Assembly: GCF_009914755.1 (NCBI RefSeq)
Contig: NC_060938.1
DNA from: the human T2T-CHM13v2.0 reference genome, Homo sapiens
Reading direction: 5' to 3' (one strand)
Length of the DNA stretch: 64,000 nucleotides
Numbering within the stretch: position 1 is the first letter of the stretch; each line of letters begins with the position of its first letter. A program made the position numbers and the translations under genes. Below, in pieces: positions 48,854 through 62,730 of the stretch. Below the pieces are notes generated by a model. It had not been told where the DNA came from, searched no databases, and worked only from the letters and a program-made list of their open reading frames with translations.

Positions 48854-50903
48854 TGACCTGGGGCAATCTGGCACCAGAGTCTATGCTCCTATGAAGACAG
48901 GTTAAAAAATAGCTGCTCATATTTCACTGGCTAGACCTGAATTATCTGCCCACGCCTATAGCAAGCAGTTTGGCAAAGGATACCAAGTCATTTAAACTTA
49001 TCAGATTTACCACTCTCTCAGGAGGCTGAGGCAGGAGGATCACTTGAGCCCAGGAGTTCGAGGCTGCAGTGACCTATGATTGCACCACTGCATTCCAGCA
49101 TGGGCTAGAGAGTGAGACCCAATCTCTAAAATAAACAAACAAAAACAACAACAACAAAAGATTTACCACCCACTCTTTCTATTAGGACTAGAGAGAGGCT
49201 GAGCTTCCTCTGATATTAACGGTTCTGTAAAGTGGGTGAACAAATCTTAATTACAAAAGAGGAAAAGGGTTAATAGTTGCTGTGCTGGGTGGTAGCGAAC
49301 AGTGTTGTCTCTTCTGTAGCATAAGTTACGCTGTATTATTATTATTGTTATTGGAGAGAGACAGAGAAGAGACGTAATGGATTGGGTTTAGGTTACAAGG
49401 TTAGAAACAGGTTCACCAATGATTATATTCATTTCCTCATGCCTACTCTCGCTGAGGCGGGTGGATCTCTTGAACTCAAGAGTTTGAGACCAGCCTGGGA
49501 AACATGGTGAAACCCTGTCCCTACAAACAATGACAAAAAATTAGCTGGGCATGGTGGTGCATGCCTGTGGTCCCAGCTACTCCGGAGGCTAAGGTGGTGG
49601 GAGGATTGTTTGGGCCCGGGAGGTCAAGGCTGCAGTGAAACATGATCGTGGCACTGCACTCCACCCTGGGTGACAGAGTGAGACCCCATATAAAAAAACA
49701 AAAAAACAAAAAAAAACAAGAAATATTGATCGGCTGGACATAGTGGTGTGTGTGTGTGGTCCCAGCTACTCAGGAGGCTGAAGTCAGAGGATTCCTTGAA
49801 CCTAGGAGTTTGAGGTTTCAGTGGGCTGTGTTTGCACCATTGCACTCCAGCTTGGGGAACAGAGTAAAACCATGTCTCAAAAAAGAAAAGAAATATTGAT
49901 TACCTTCCAAGTGTATTGGGCTTATCTAGGGATATGATACTCCTTGAAGAGGAGTATAGAATCTAGTGGGAGAGTTAAAAGGCACACTCATCAAAAGATA
50001 TGCTGATAATATTTGGAAACACATATTAAATGACAAATATTAAGAACTTAGTGTCAGTTTATAGCTTACTTATTTATTTATGTTTTTGAGACAGAGTCTC
50101 ACTCTGTCGCCTAGGCTGGAGTGCAGTAGTGTAATCTCGGTTCCCTGCAACCTCCGCCTCCTGGGTTCAAGTGATTCTCCTGCCTCAGCCTCCTAAGTAG
50201 CTGGGATTACAGGCATGCACGACCACGCCCAACTAATTTTTTGTATTTTTGGTAGAGATGGGGTTTCACCATGTTGGCCTGGCTGGTCTCAAACTCATGA
50301 GCTCAAGCGATCTGCCCACCTCAGCCTCCTAAAGTGCTGGGATTACAGGCGTGAGCCACTGCACCCGGCCCAGTTTATAGTTTAGAGATACTCAAAAGAA
50401 TCCTCTGAGTACCAGAGTTTTAGAGCTAAAAGAGAGCACAGATTTTGTAGGTAAATAAACTGAAGTCGAAGAGGAATTAAGCATCTCAGCTCAGGTCACA
50501 GAGCAAGACAGAAGCAGCCTCAGATTCAGGTTCCCAGTTGGGCCCCACCACTACTTAGCTTCGTGTCCTGGAGCAAAGCCTCTCACCCTCTCTGAACCTC
50601 ACATGCCTCATCTGTAGAATTCTACTATTGTAGACTCAACCTCTGACTCCCAAACCACCTTTTAGGGTGGTGACTTACAAGCCTACTTTACAGTGAATTA
50701 ATGACTAATTATCAGTAAATCAGTGTAATAAATGACACTAATTTATTTAACATACTTACCCAGTTTATATGGTAATATAAGAATAGGCCAGGTGCAGCTG
50801 CTCACGCCTGTAATCTCAACACTTTGGGAGGCCAAGGCAAGCAGATCACCTGTTGGAAATTTGAGACCAGCCTGACCAACATGGAGAAACTTCGTCTCTA
50901 CTA

Positions 50904-51112
<209 letters not shown>

Positions 51113-51214
51113 TCACGCCTGTAATCCCAGCACTTTGGGAGGCCGAGGCAGGCAGATCACCTGAGATCAGGAGTTCAAGACCAGCCTGGCCAACGTGGTG
51201 AAACCCTGTCTCTA

Positions 51215-51833
<619 letters not shown>

Positions 51834-52163
51834 TAAAATAAGTAACTTTCAGAAGTTGATCTGGTTTCCAATGTTGAGAGACGCTCTAGCTGGGAGTGAA
51901 GTGGAATCACGAAGAATGTTCTCATTTAAATAGACTGAGATCAATCCATTTGGTGAGGCCAGGCCTCTCTGAACAGTGAATTAGAAGATTCTAGAATGTC
52001 ATGGACTTAGAGAGAAGTCATTGTCCTAGACTGAGCACTCAAAAATATTTTCCTCCATAAAAGCTTGAGAAATGTTTTAGTTTTCCAGGGTTAGATATGA
52101 CCCTGTTTACATAAGAATCCCTTTCCCTGCTTTGGCTTGGCTGGGGCCTGCCTTTCGTGGTAA

Positions 52164-52177
52164 CCGCCACCTAGTGG
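52164..52177 (-). promoter_or_regulatory. Candidate CTCF binding site
   Basis: Minus strand CCACTAGGTGGCGG matches the CTCF core consensus CCASYAGRKGGCRS, in non-Alu sequence. Confidence 0.6.
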
Positions 52178-52268
52178 TGTTTCAGTGAATGAAATGACTT
52201 GTTTTACTGGTTGGCATCTCAGGTCATTTGTTATTACCATGCATATGGTGTATATATCTTCATAGTTT

Positions 52269-52299
<31 letters not shown>

Positions 52300-52639
52300 G
52301 AGACAGGGTCTTGCTCTGTTGCCCAGGCTGGAGTGCAGTGGCGCGATCTCGGCTCACTGCAGCCTCGACTTCCCCAGGCTCAAGAGATCCTCCCACCTCA
52401 GCCTCCCAAGTAGCTGGGACCACAGGCATGTGCCATCACGTGTGGTTTTGTAGAGACAGGGTTTCACTATGTTGGTCAGGTCAGTCATAAACTCCTGGGC
52501 TCAAACGATCAGCCTTCCCTGGCCTCCCAAAGTGCTGGGATTACAGGCGTGAGCCACCTCACCCAGCCCTTCTTTTTTTATTTTTTACTTTTTGCTGAAA
52601 CATCTAGGAACCCAAGATATGTGTGTGTTTCAATGGACA

Positions 52640-53284
<645 letters not shown>

Positions 53285-54197
53285 TAAACAAAAATTATGT
53301 AATGTTTACCAGATACATGTCAGAACACCTTAAGAACAGCTTTCTGGAATCAGGCTATGAGCCCTTGCCCCTGGCATTGAATCTCTCTGATCCTCAAGCT
53401 TCTCATCTGTCAAATGGGGAAATAGTAGGTTTCTGAATAAGGCAGCATAGAATACATTAAGATGGAGAACTCTGGAAACGTCTGAGCCTGCCACTCACTA
53501 GCTATGAAACCCTGGGCAAGTTACTTAGCTTCTCAGTCTCATCCGTAAAATGGGGAAAATCAAGGACTGAGCTCGTTGTGGGATCAAACGTGTTCACTGG
53601 TGCTCGGTATCTGCTGTTCAACGCCAGCTATCATCACTGACCCTGAATAGACCTCCAGGGCAGGGATTGTAGTCTAAATCTAACGACAATCTTAAGCCCT
53701 CAGCTCAGTGCCTCACATATGGAGAGGAGCAACCTGTATTAACACCCAAGGGTGCACACACTAACCATGTCTGCTTCCCACTACTGAGGGGGCAAGTGAG
53801 TGGCCCGTGTCACAATGCCTTGTACACTCCAAATGACTACTCAAATATAAACAAGATCAGAATTACACCTTCTAATCTCTTCAGAGTCCATATGTCATCT
53901 AATATTTCTCTTTCCATCGTAGAAGAACTTACGGGAACTTAATCATGACATTTAGTCATAACACAAACATTATACTATGCCTTTGAATCTAAAACCAGGG
54001 TGCACATCCCAAATTTGGGTACTTTTATGAAAGGCTTTATCCTACCTTTCAGCAATTGTCAACCATGCTTCATTTTTTTTTTTTTTTTTTTTTTAGGTAA
54101 AAGATAACCCATGCCACCTGCCCAGGTCTTATAGAGTCTCATATTCTCCACTGCTAAGTGTTTAATTTGCAGTAGGACTCTGATTCAGAATAACGTG

Positions 54198-55092
<895 letters not shown>

Positions 55093-56081
55093 TAGAATTC
55101 TGGCCCAAGGATGTTTCACCTTGACCAAATTTCTTTTTTTTTTTTTTTTTTGAGACGGAGTCTCGCTTTGCCCAGGCTGGAGTGCAGTGGCACTATCTTG
55201 GCTCACTGTAACCTCCGCCTCCTGGGTTCAAGTGATTCTTTTGCCTCAGCCTCCTGAGTAGCTGGGACTACAGGCACCCGCCACCACGCCCAGCTAATTT
55301 TTTGTGTTTTCAGTAGAGACGGGGTTTCACCGTTAGCCAGGATGGTCTCTATCTCCTGACCTCGTGATCCGCCCGCCTCGGCCTCCCAAAGTGCAGGGAT
55401 TACAGGCATGAGCCACTGCGCCCAGCCCTTGACCAAATTTCTAACCTTTTGTGCCCATTTCCACAAGTGTGAAACTGAGTTTTCCTATACCGCAGGATTT
55501 TTTTAAATTAATTATTATTTTTTTTTAGACAGGGTCTTGCTCTGTCACCCGGTTGGAGTGCAGTGGTATGATCATGGCTTGCTGCAGCCTTGACTTCCTG
55601 GCCTCAGGCAGTCCTCCAGCTTCAGCCTCCTGAGTAGCAGGGTCTGCAGGCGCACACCACCATGCCTGGCTAGTTTTTAAAAATGTTTTGTACTTACTAT
55701 GTTGCCCAGGCTGGTCTCGAACTCCTGGGTTCAAGCGATCTTCCTGCCTCAGCCTCTCAAAGTGCTAAGATTATACTGCTCAACCTTTTTTCAAGAGGAT
55801 TAAATGGGAAAGTACATGGAGAAACTTTTAGTCCAATCTTCCAAGCAGCAGCATGCAATGTTCATTTCTTTCCTTCTCCTTCCAAATTTGACACACTGAT
55901 ACATCTGCACTACTCGCACTAATTTGTGCACTGTCTTGTTTCATCCCATTGTTTTACTGCTTCGGTAGAAGGTCCCTTCACTTAGAAAACAATTTCCTAC
56001 CCCTGAGCACCAAGAGGAAAGAGTCCAAGGAACTAAGTCTGTGTAGGTTCAGTGGTTTGCAGATTCATGCTTTGGGAACTC

Positions 56082-56158
56082 TTTATTCAAATGAAATCTC
56101 TCTTGGAACCGTGATATAAACAAAACAGACAAAGTCATTTTATTAGCATTCCTTTATT
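56082..56158 (-). terminator. MOAP1: MOAP1 polyadenylation signal cluster
   Basis: Three AATAAA on the minus strand (plus TTTATT at 56082-56087, 56139-56144, 56153-56158), about 1 kb past the stop codon. Confidence 0.75.
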
Positions 56159-56528
56159 TTAGAAGTTCACACCTATAATTTTATAACAATCGTGAAAATG
56201 TTACTCAGAACTAGATGTTTTGATGACACATAGCAGAAATCTGTGGTTCAAGATGGTCATTGCAAACTTAACCAATCTCAGCATTCTATTCTGCCTTTTG
56301 TTTTGATTGCACAGAATCAATATAATTCTGATTCATATGGAAAATAACTTAATATCTTAACCTCCGCTCAGGATCTTCATCATAAATGTAGGTCAGTACA
56401 TACCTAAAAATTGTCAATGATCCAACATGGTCACATGTGACATGCTACACTTGCACCTAGTACCAAACAAGCTGATACTTCAATGAGATCTGGTTGGCAT
56501 ATACACCCAAGCCTTGTCTGTCCCCTCA

Positions 56529-56928
<400 letters not shown>

Positions 56929-57125
56929 CTACATCCTTCCTAGTCAATTACACCTTTAGGAGACTTTAAATAGGCATAGAAACGACAAAGGGCTTATACT
57001 GAGAATTGCACAAAAATGAGTTACTTGGCAGCACAAGGTAGGGATTGTATGTGTCACAAGAGTATATAGACTGTTCTACCTTCATGCTCTACTCATTGCC
57101 ATATCCCTTCGTGGTTCCCTGAGAC

Positions 57126-58181
57126 TCAGGTGAAATTACCTTCCAATATTGCCTGGAGAAGGGCCTCCTCCTCCTCAGCTGCCTCATAATCCTTTATTAG
57201 TACCAATAACTGCAAGAAACCAGGGGCTGGGCCATCCTCTGGCAGATTAAGCTCTCTGCGAATTGTTTTGTGGACTGCCCCAGCAATGACTTGGTCTAGG
57301 CGGGCCTGATTCACAGCATCTCTCTCAATTGCTCCTCTCTGTACCAGCTTCTGTAACAAAGGCTCCAGCCTTAGTACATAAGCCGACAACTTTTCCTCAT
57401 CCTTCTGGTAAGTGGTTAGATATTTGACCTGCAACTCCCTAGGATTATCTGTAACCCCAAATACCTCCTCAAGAGCCTGCAGACATTCATCGACAGTAAT
57501 TAAAGGATTGTTTATCTTGAGGACACGAATAACATCAAGTGCTGGGCCTCGAAGGCTCTCTAGCAATCGCCTTCTCTTCTCTACATCTGGCACCTGCCAC
57601 GCCTTTATCATCTGAGTAGTATGAAACATCCAGCGTCCAAATTCTTCTTCTCCTGGTTCTGGAGACTCCCTGCCCGAGAACACTCTCAGCTTTTTATACT
57701 TCAAGCATTGCAGGGCAGGCTGAAGAGCCTCTAATGCCTGTGCCAACATAGGGGCCCACATTTCCGGGATCATGCCCTGCTCTGGGTCTAAGGAGCCATT
57801 TTCATGTCCAAGAGCTCTGCTCAACTCACCCACTGTCATGCCCTCTCCCGCTAAAAATTCATTTAATCTGCTTAAAAATGTATTATCTGGGTCAGGGGGC
57901 TTAAAGATCACTCTCCAGATACCCCCTTTTCCCGGTATCTCCTTAGGGACCAGGGCGTGACTAGTCTCCGCAGTAAGCCCTACTAAGGCTACTTTCCTGT
58001 TCTCATCCCTCCTGAACATCCTTCCAAGCAGTCTGTACTCCCCCAAGGGAGCTAAACCAGCCTGCAGAGCCTCCTCGATTTCTGCCACACTGCAGCTCTG
58101 GGAGATGCCGGCAATCAATAGCGCTTTCCGAGGGTTCATGTCCATCCCCCTGCACCAGTCTTCTAAAAGCCTCAAAGTCAT
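57126..58181 (-). CDS. MOAP1: Modulator of apoptosis 1 (PNMA4), 351 aa, single-exon CDS; PNMA-family domesticated Ty3/gypsy Gag capsid-like protein
   Basis: ATG at 58181 (GGCACCATGA Kozak), TGA ending 57126. Protein [27 protein letters not shown]...LEGNFT recognised as MOAP1. It has the PNMA N-terminus, the BH3-like [18 protein letters not shown], and the MHR-like [16 protein letters not shown]. Confidence 0.98.
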   Translation of the reverse strand: MTLRLLEDWCRGMDMNPRKALLIAGISQSCSVAEIEEALQAGLAPLGEYRLLGRMFRRDENRKVALVGLTAETSHALVPKEIPGKGGIWRVIFKPPDPDNTFLSRLNEFLAGEGMTVGELSRALGHENGSLDPEQGMIPEMWAPMLAQALEALQPALQCLKYKKLRVFSGRESPEPGEEEFGRWMFHTTQMIKAWQVPDVEKRRRLLESLRGPALDVIRVLKINNPLITVDECLQALEEVFGVTDNPRELQVKYLTTYQKDEEKLSAYVLRLEPLLQKLVQRGAIERDAVNQARLDQVIAGAVHKTIRRELNLPEDGPAPGFLQLLVLIKDYEAAEEEEALLQAILEGNFT

Positions 58182-58497
58182 GGTGCCCGAAATAATAGAC
58201 TTAAGTTCTAAATATGCCAGACCACAGGCGACCACCGAAATTCAAAGTAATCCTCCGCGGTACCCCAGAGAAATCTTGTCAACGTGCCGAGGTCCAGCAG
58301 CCTGCAAGACAGAGCAGACAGGTTAGCTAAAGGTGCCAACGTCCAGGGCAAGCGTGCAGGCCCCAAGCCCCGCGCGCCCTGCCCCCAGCGGCGACGCCAG
58401 GGCAGCCGCACTGCGGCGCGCGCCCCTCACCCCTCCCAGCCCTGGTGCCTGGCGGATGTCGGGCCTGCAGGGCCGCGTCGGGCCCGCTTCCACTCAC

Positions 58498-58652
58498 CGT
58501 GATCTAGTGCTCGTGCCCGCGTCCGTGCGCCGGCGGCCAAGGTGCCTGGCCGGGCCCCGACGAGGCGCGGGAGGGCAGGCTCCCCTAGGCTCTGACGGAC
58601 ACTCGGGGGCCACAGCGACCGATGCCGGTACTCCAGGTGCCTGTGGTGCTGT
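58498..58652 (-). other. MOAP1: MOAP1 5'UTR exon 2 (predicted from splice motifs)
   Basis: Minus strand acceptor TCACTTCTCGTTGCAG|AC (exon starts 58652) and donor ACG|GTGAGT (exon ends 58498). The next acceptor TGCTCTGTCTTGCAG|G opens the coding exon at 58301. An alternative acceptor near 58641 is possible. Confidence 0.7.
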
Positions 58653-58748
58653 CTGCAACGAGAAGTGATGGGGCGATGACAGTCGCGAGCGGGCACCAGG
58701 GGGCAAGGCTGAGGAGCGCTGAGTCGCCAGACCCAGAGAGCCACCCAC

Positions 58749-58870
58749 CTGGAGGGACGTGCCGCCACCCGCGCCGCCGGAGCTCCGGCTCCAGCCCGGA
58801 TTCCACCTGTTTTGGTCTCGCTCGGGGAAGCTGCGCGGCGGGCGGGGGCGATCTGACGTCATGAGGGGCG
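58749..58870 (-). other. MOAP1: MOAP1 5'UTR exon 1 (TSS approximate)
   Basis: Donor CAG|GTGGGT at 58749/58748, inside the CpG island. The TSS cannot be read from the sequence. Confidence 0.55.
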
Positions 58871-58899
58871 GGCCTCGGGGGCGGGGCGCGCGCGCTTCC

Positions 58900-58971
58900 G
58901 GCCCGAGCCGGAAGCTCCGACTGCGGCGGCATCCGGGACGGCGGGCGGGCTGGCCACCACGGGACAGGAAG
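58900..58971 (+). other. LYSET: LYSET/TMEM251 non-coding exon 1 (start approximate)
   Basis: Strong donor AAG|GTGAGA at 58971/58972 just downstream of the promoter core. Confidence 0.6.
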
Positions 58972-59326
58972 GTGAGATCCGGGACCTCAGCTTTGCAAGC
59001 AGGCTCCGCCGGCGACCGCTGACGGGCGCTGGGCTCGCGGCGCTGCAAGGCGGCGAGGCCCGGGCCTGGCGCCGCCTGCGCAGCCTTGGTCGCGGCGTGC
59101 CGGCGCTGCAGCGCGGCAGGGGGCGGGGCCGGCCGCCCGGAGGCCCAAGTGGCGGGGACGCCTCCCTGCCGGGTCAGGTTCTCAGAGCGGGTCTCCGGCG
59201 GCGGCGACGGGGGCCGGGCCGCGCGTGACCCGCCGCAGTCACGCCGTTCTTAATCACTAGTAGCTGGTGCTCCAGGCTGGCGGCGCTCACCTTTCTCCTA
59301 GCCGGGTGACCCAGGGGATTTATTTT

Positions 59327-59424
59327 ATGTTGGCTTTCTCTGAAATGCCAAAGCCACCCGATTATTCAGAGCTGAGTGACTCTTTAACGCTTGCCGTGGG
59401 AACAGGAAGATTTTCGGGACCATT
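59327..59424 (+). CDS. LYSET: LYSET/TMEM251 long-isoform first coding segment (MLAFSE-MPKPPDYSELSDSLTLAVGTGRFSGP[L])
   Basis: Acceptor CTCACCTTTCTCCTAG| before 59302. In-frame ATGs at 59327 (169-aa form) and 59345 (163-aa form). Donor TT|GTAAGT at 59424/59425 is phase 2 and joins in frame to 60201 (TT+G=Leu, then HRAWR-MMNF). Confidence 0.9.
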
Positions 59425-59789
59425 GTAAGTGCTTAGGAGTTACTGTCTTAACTTGGGGGCTTGACTTGTAGCACCCCGCGTTCACGTCTGAAGCAGTACT
59501 GTTATGCCAGAAAGTGTTTCACCTGTCAAAGTGAAATGTGCTGTGAGAAACTAGTTTAATTCCAGTTTCTGGAGGGCGGGTATTATGGACCTGTTTAAGT
59601 AGGATGCAGTGATTTATTCTGAGGGATTCCCGTTAAAAAGCAGAACTCAGTATATACTGAAATCAATGGTTTTTTGTTTTTTTGTGTGTGTTGTTTTACT
59701 TGATTGTAAGTATTACACAAAACAACCTGTAAGTTTTACATTTCTTAATAGGTGTTTAATTTAATTATTTTAAATCTTAAGTGTGTTAG

Positions 59790-60109
<320 letters not shown>

Positions 60110-60200
60110 TAGAATTCTTGGAGATAAAGCAAGTACATTTGGAGTAGTTGCCGTGACAGCATTACTAGACCCTAATTGTATTTTCTTTTTTAATTTGAAG

Positions 60201-60612
60201 GCACAGAGCATGGAGAATGATGAACTTCCGTCAGCGGATGGGATGGATTGGAGTGGGATTGTATCTGTTAGCCAGTGCAGCAGCATTTTACTATGTTTTT
60301 GAAATCAGTGAGACTTACAACAGGCTGGCCTTGGAACACATTCAACAGCACCCTGAGGAGCCCCTTGAAGGAACCACATGGACACACTCCTTGAAAGCTC
60401 AATTACTCTCCTTGCCTTTTTGGGTGTGGACAGTTATTTTTCTGGTACCTTACTTACAGATGTTTTTGTTCCTATACTCTTGTACAAGAGCTGATCCCAA
60501 AACAGTGGGCTACTGTATCATCCCTATATGCTTGGCAGTTATTTGCAATCGCCACCAGGCATTTGTCAAGGCTTCTAATCAGATCAGCAGACTACAACTG
60601 ATTGACACGTAA
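60201..60612 (+). CDS. LYSET: LYSET/TMEM251 main coding exon; ATG 60217 gives the 131-aa short isoform; Golgi membrane factor for GNPTAB/M6P lysosomal enzyme trafficking
   Basis: Acceptor TTTTCTTTTTTAATTTGAAG| at 60200 with a CTAAT branch-like motif at ~60172. ORF MMNFRQRMGWIGVGLYLLASAAAFYYVF...SRLQLIDT* has hydrophobic TM segments and is recognised as TMEM251. Confidence 0.97.
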
Positions 60613-61939
60613 AATCAGTCACCGTTTTTTCCCTACGATTACAAAACTGCCAGTCCTATATGGAGTCTGATCACAAGACTGCAGTTTCTTCACAGATCTC
60701 AGGAAGTTGTCGTGGGGCAGAGGCTTTTTAAAAACATGTGATTAGGGAGCTATCTTTATCTGAATAATAACGAATTTTTAGGTAAAACCTGAGATAGAGT
60801 ACTACAAAATCATGTTGATGACTTCAGATTTTGGAAGTTAAATCATGTCTGTTATTTGCATTCTTTAGAAACTTGACTAAGTACCTGAATTCATATTTCT
60901 ATTCTACTGTGCAACATAGTGATGATTCAGAAATTTTTCCTTTGGGGAAAAAAATGAATATGAACATTTCCATTGTGTTAAGTGTAAAAAGGTCCAGACA
61001 TGATCATAAAATTTAAATTTTATACAATTACTTGGCTTGCTTTAAAATTCTTCACACTTAAAACACCGATTCATTCTATTGCAGCTAAGCCAGCTGTCTA
61101 GACTTGCTGTCAGCTTATGAGGCATTGCTAAAAAATTATTGAGGAAATGGCTGTCTTGATAAGCAGAATTTGTTCTTCCTCTTGGTAATGGCTAAATTAT
61201 TATTAATGCTTTTAATGGTTTTATTTTTTATATTTTTCTTTTTTGTGGAGAATGGGGTCTCGCTATGTTGCCCAGGCAGGTCTCGAACTCCTGGGCTCAA
61301 GCTTTCCTCCTCTCTCTGGCTCCCTAAGTGCTAGGATTACAGGTGTGAGCTACCATGCCCAGCTATTTTTAATTAAAAAAATTTTTTTTTTCCATGACTT
61401 GTGACACAGTCTCAGAAGGCCCTGAGAACGTACGCTCCAATGCTACTGATTTAGAAAACTATCTGGGAAGAAACTAAGTGTTAAATGTTGAAAGGCTAGA
61501 AATAACTTACAAATAGAAGATGGAAACAATGTGTTCAATGAAAATCTAGCAGGTTATTTATTATTTATTTAAATTATTATTATTATTTTTGAGACGGAGC
61601 CTTGCTTTGTCACCCAGGATGGAGTGCAGTGGTGCAGTCTTGGCTCACTGGAACCTTCGGCTCACTGCAACCTCCACCTCTCGGGTTTAAGCGATTCTCT
61701 TGCCTCAGCCTCCTGAGTAGCTGGGATTACAGGTGACCACCACCATGCCTGGCTGATTTTTGTTATTTTAGTAGAGACAGGGTTGCAGCATGTTGGCCAG
61801 GCTGGTCTCAAACTCCTCACCTAACTAAGGTAATCCACTTGCGTCAGCCTCCCAAAGGCCTGGGATTACAGGCATGAGCCACCATGCCTAGCTGTATTTA
61901 TTTATGTTATTTATTTTGAGATGGAGTCTTGCTCTGTAG

Positions 61940-62167
<228 letters not shown>

Positions 62168-62509
62168 TAACAGGCATGAGCCACCATGGCCAGCCTATAG
62201 CAGGTAATTTAGTCCAGTCCTTATCAGATGCATGAGACCCCTCTAAAAGATGCTATCAAGTCATAATCTTTCTGATTTTCTTTTCTGGCCCAAGGTCAGG
62301 TCATCAGGCAGTAGGTTAATTACATGAAGATGTGTTCCTGTACCTTCTCCTTTGCATTTGTACTACCTCACATCTGGTACTAATACAAATAACTAAAACA
62401 TGGACACAGTAGCATTTCTTTTCTGCATGAGATCAAGATATATTTTTATACAGTTATGTCATTAATACTGGAAAACATTTTATGCTTTTAATAATCAACA
62501 CTTTTTGAT

Positions 62510-62730
62510 GCTTATTCTGTTGGGCCCTATTCTAAGAGCTTTATGGAAATTAACTAATGTAATCCTCCCAACAACCCTATAAGATGGGTATTATTATCCA
62601 GATTTCACAGATAAGGAAACTGAGGCAGAGAAGTCAAGTAACTTGCCAAAGGTCACAGCGAGTAGCAGAGCCAGGGTTATAACCAGGCATTCTAACGCCA
62701 TCGTTACTAACCACAGAGGCATAGCGCTTC
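62510..62730 (-). mobile_element. MIR (further MIRs at ~6590-6760, 10900-11110, 17120-17240, 48370-48540, 53340-53640, 63130-63360)
   Basis: MIR core TTTCACAGATAAGGAAACTGAGGCAGAGAAGTCAAGTAACTTGCCAAAGGTCACA. Confidence 0.85.

Larger units (their letters stand above)
58250..59310. promoter_or_regulatory. CpG island / bidirectional promoter of MOAP1 and LYSET
   Basis: Very GC- and CpG-rich. Full CRE TGACGTCA at 58854-58861, several GC boxes (GGGCGG) at 58838-58887, a GCGCGCGC NRF1-like run, paired ETS sites CTTCCGG (58895-58901) and CCGGAAG (58908-58914), no TATA. Confidence 0.93.

Noticed and set aside
58182-58235. 18-aa N-terminal extension of MOAP1 in the ORF track
   Set aside because: It starts at GTG just after an in-frame TGA. 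The ATG at 58181 has a good Kozak context and matches the known PNMA N-terminus.
58208-59048. Arg/Pro/Gly-rich ORFs over the promoter
   Set aside because: Stop-poor CpG-island artefacts that cross the splice sites.
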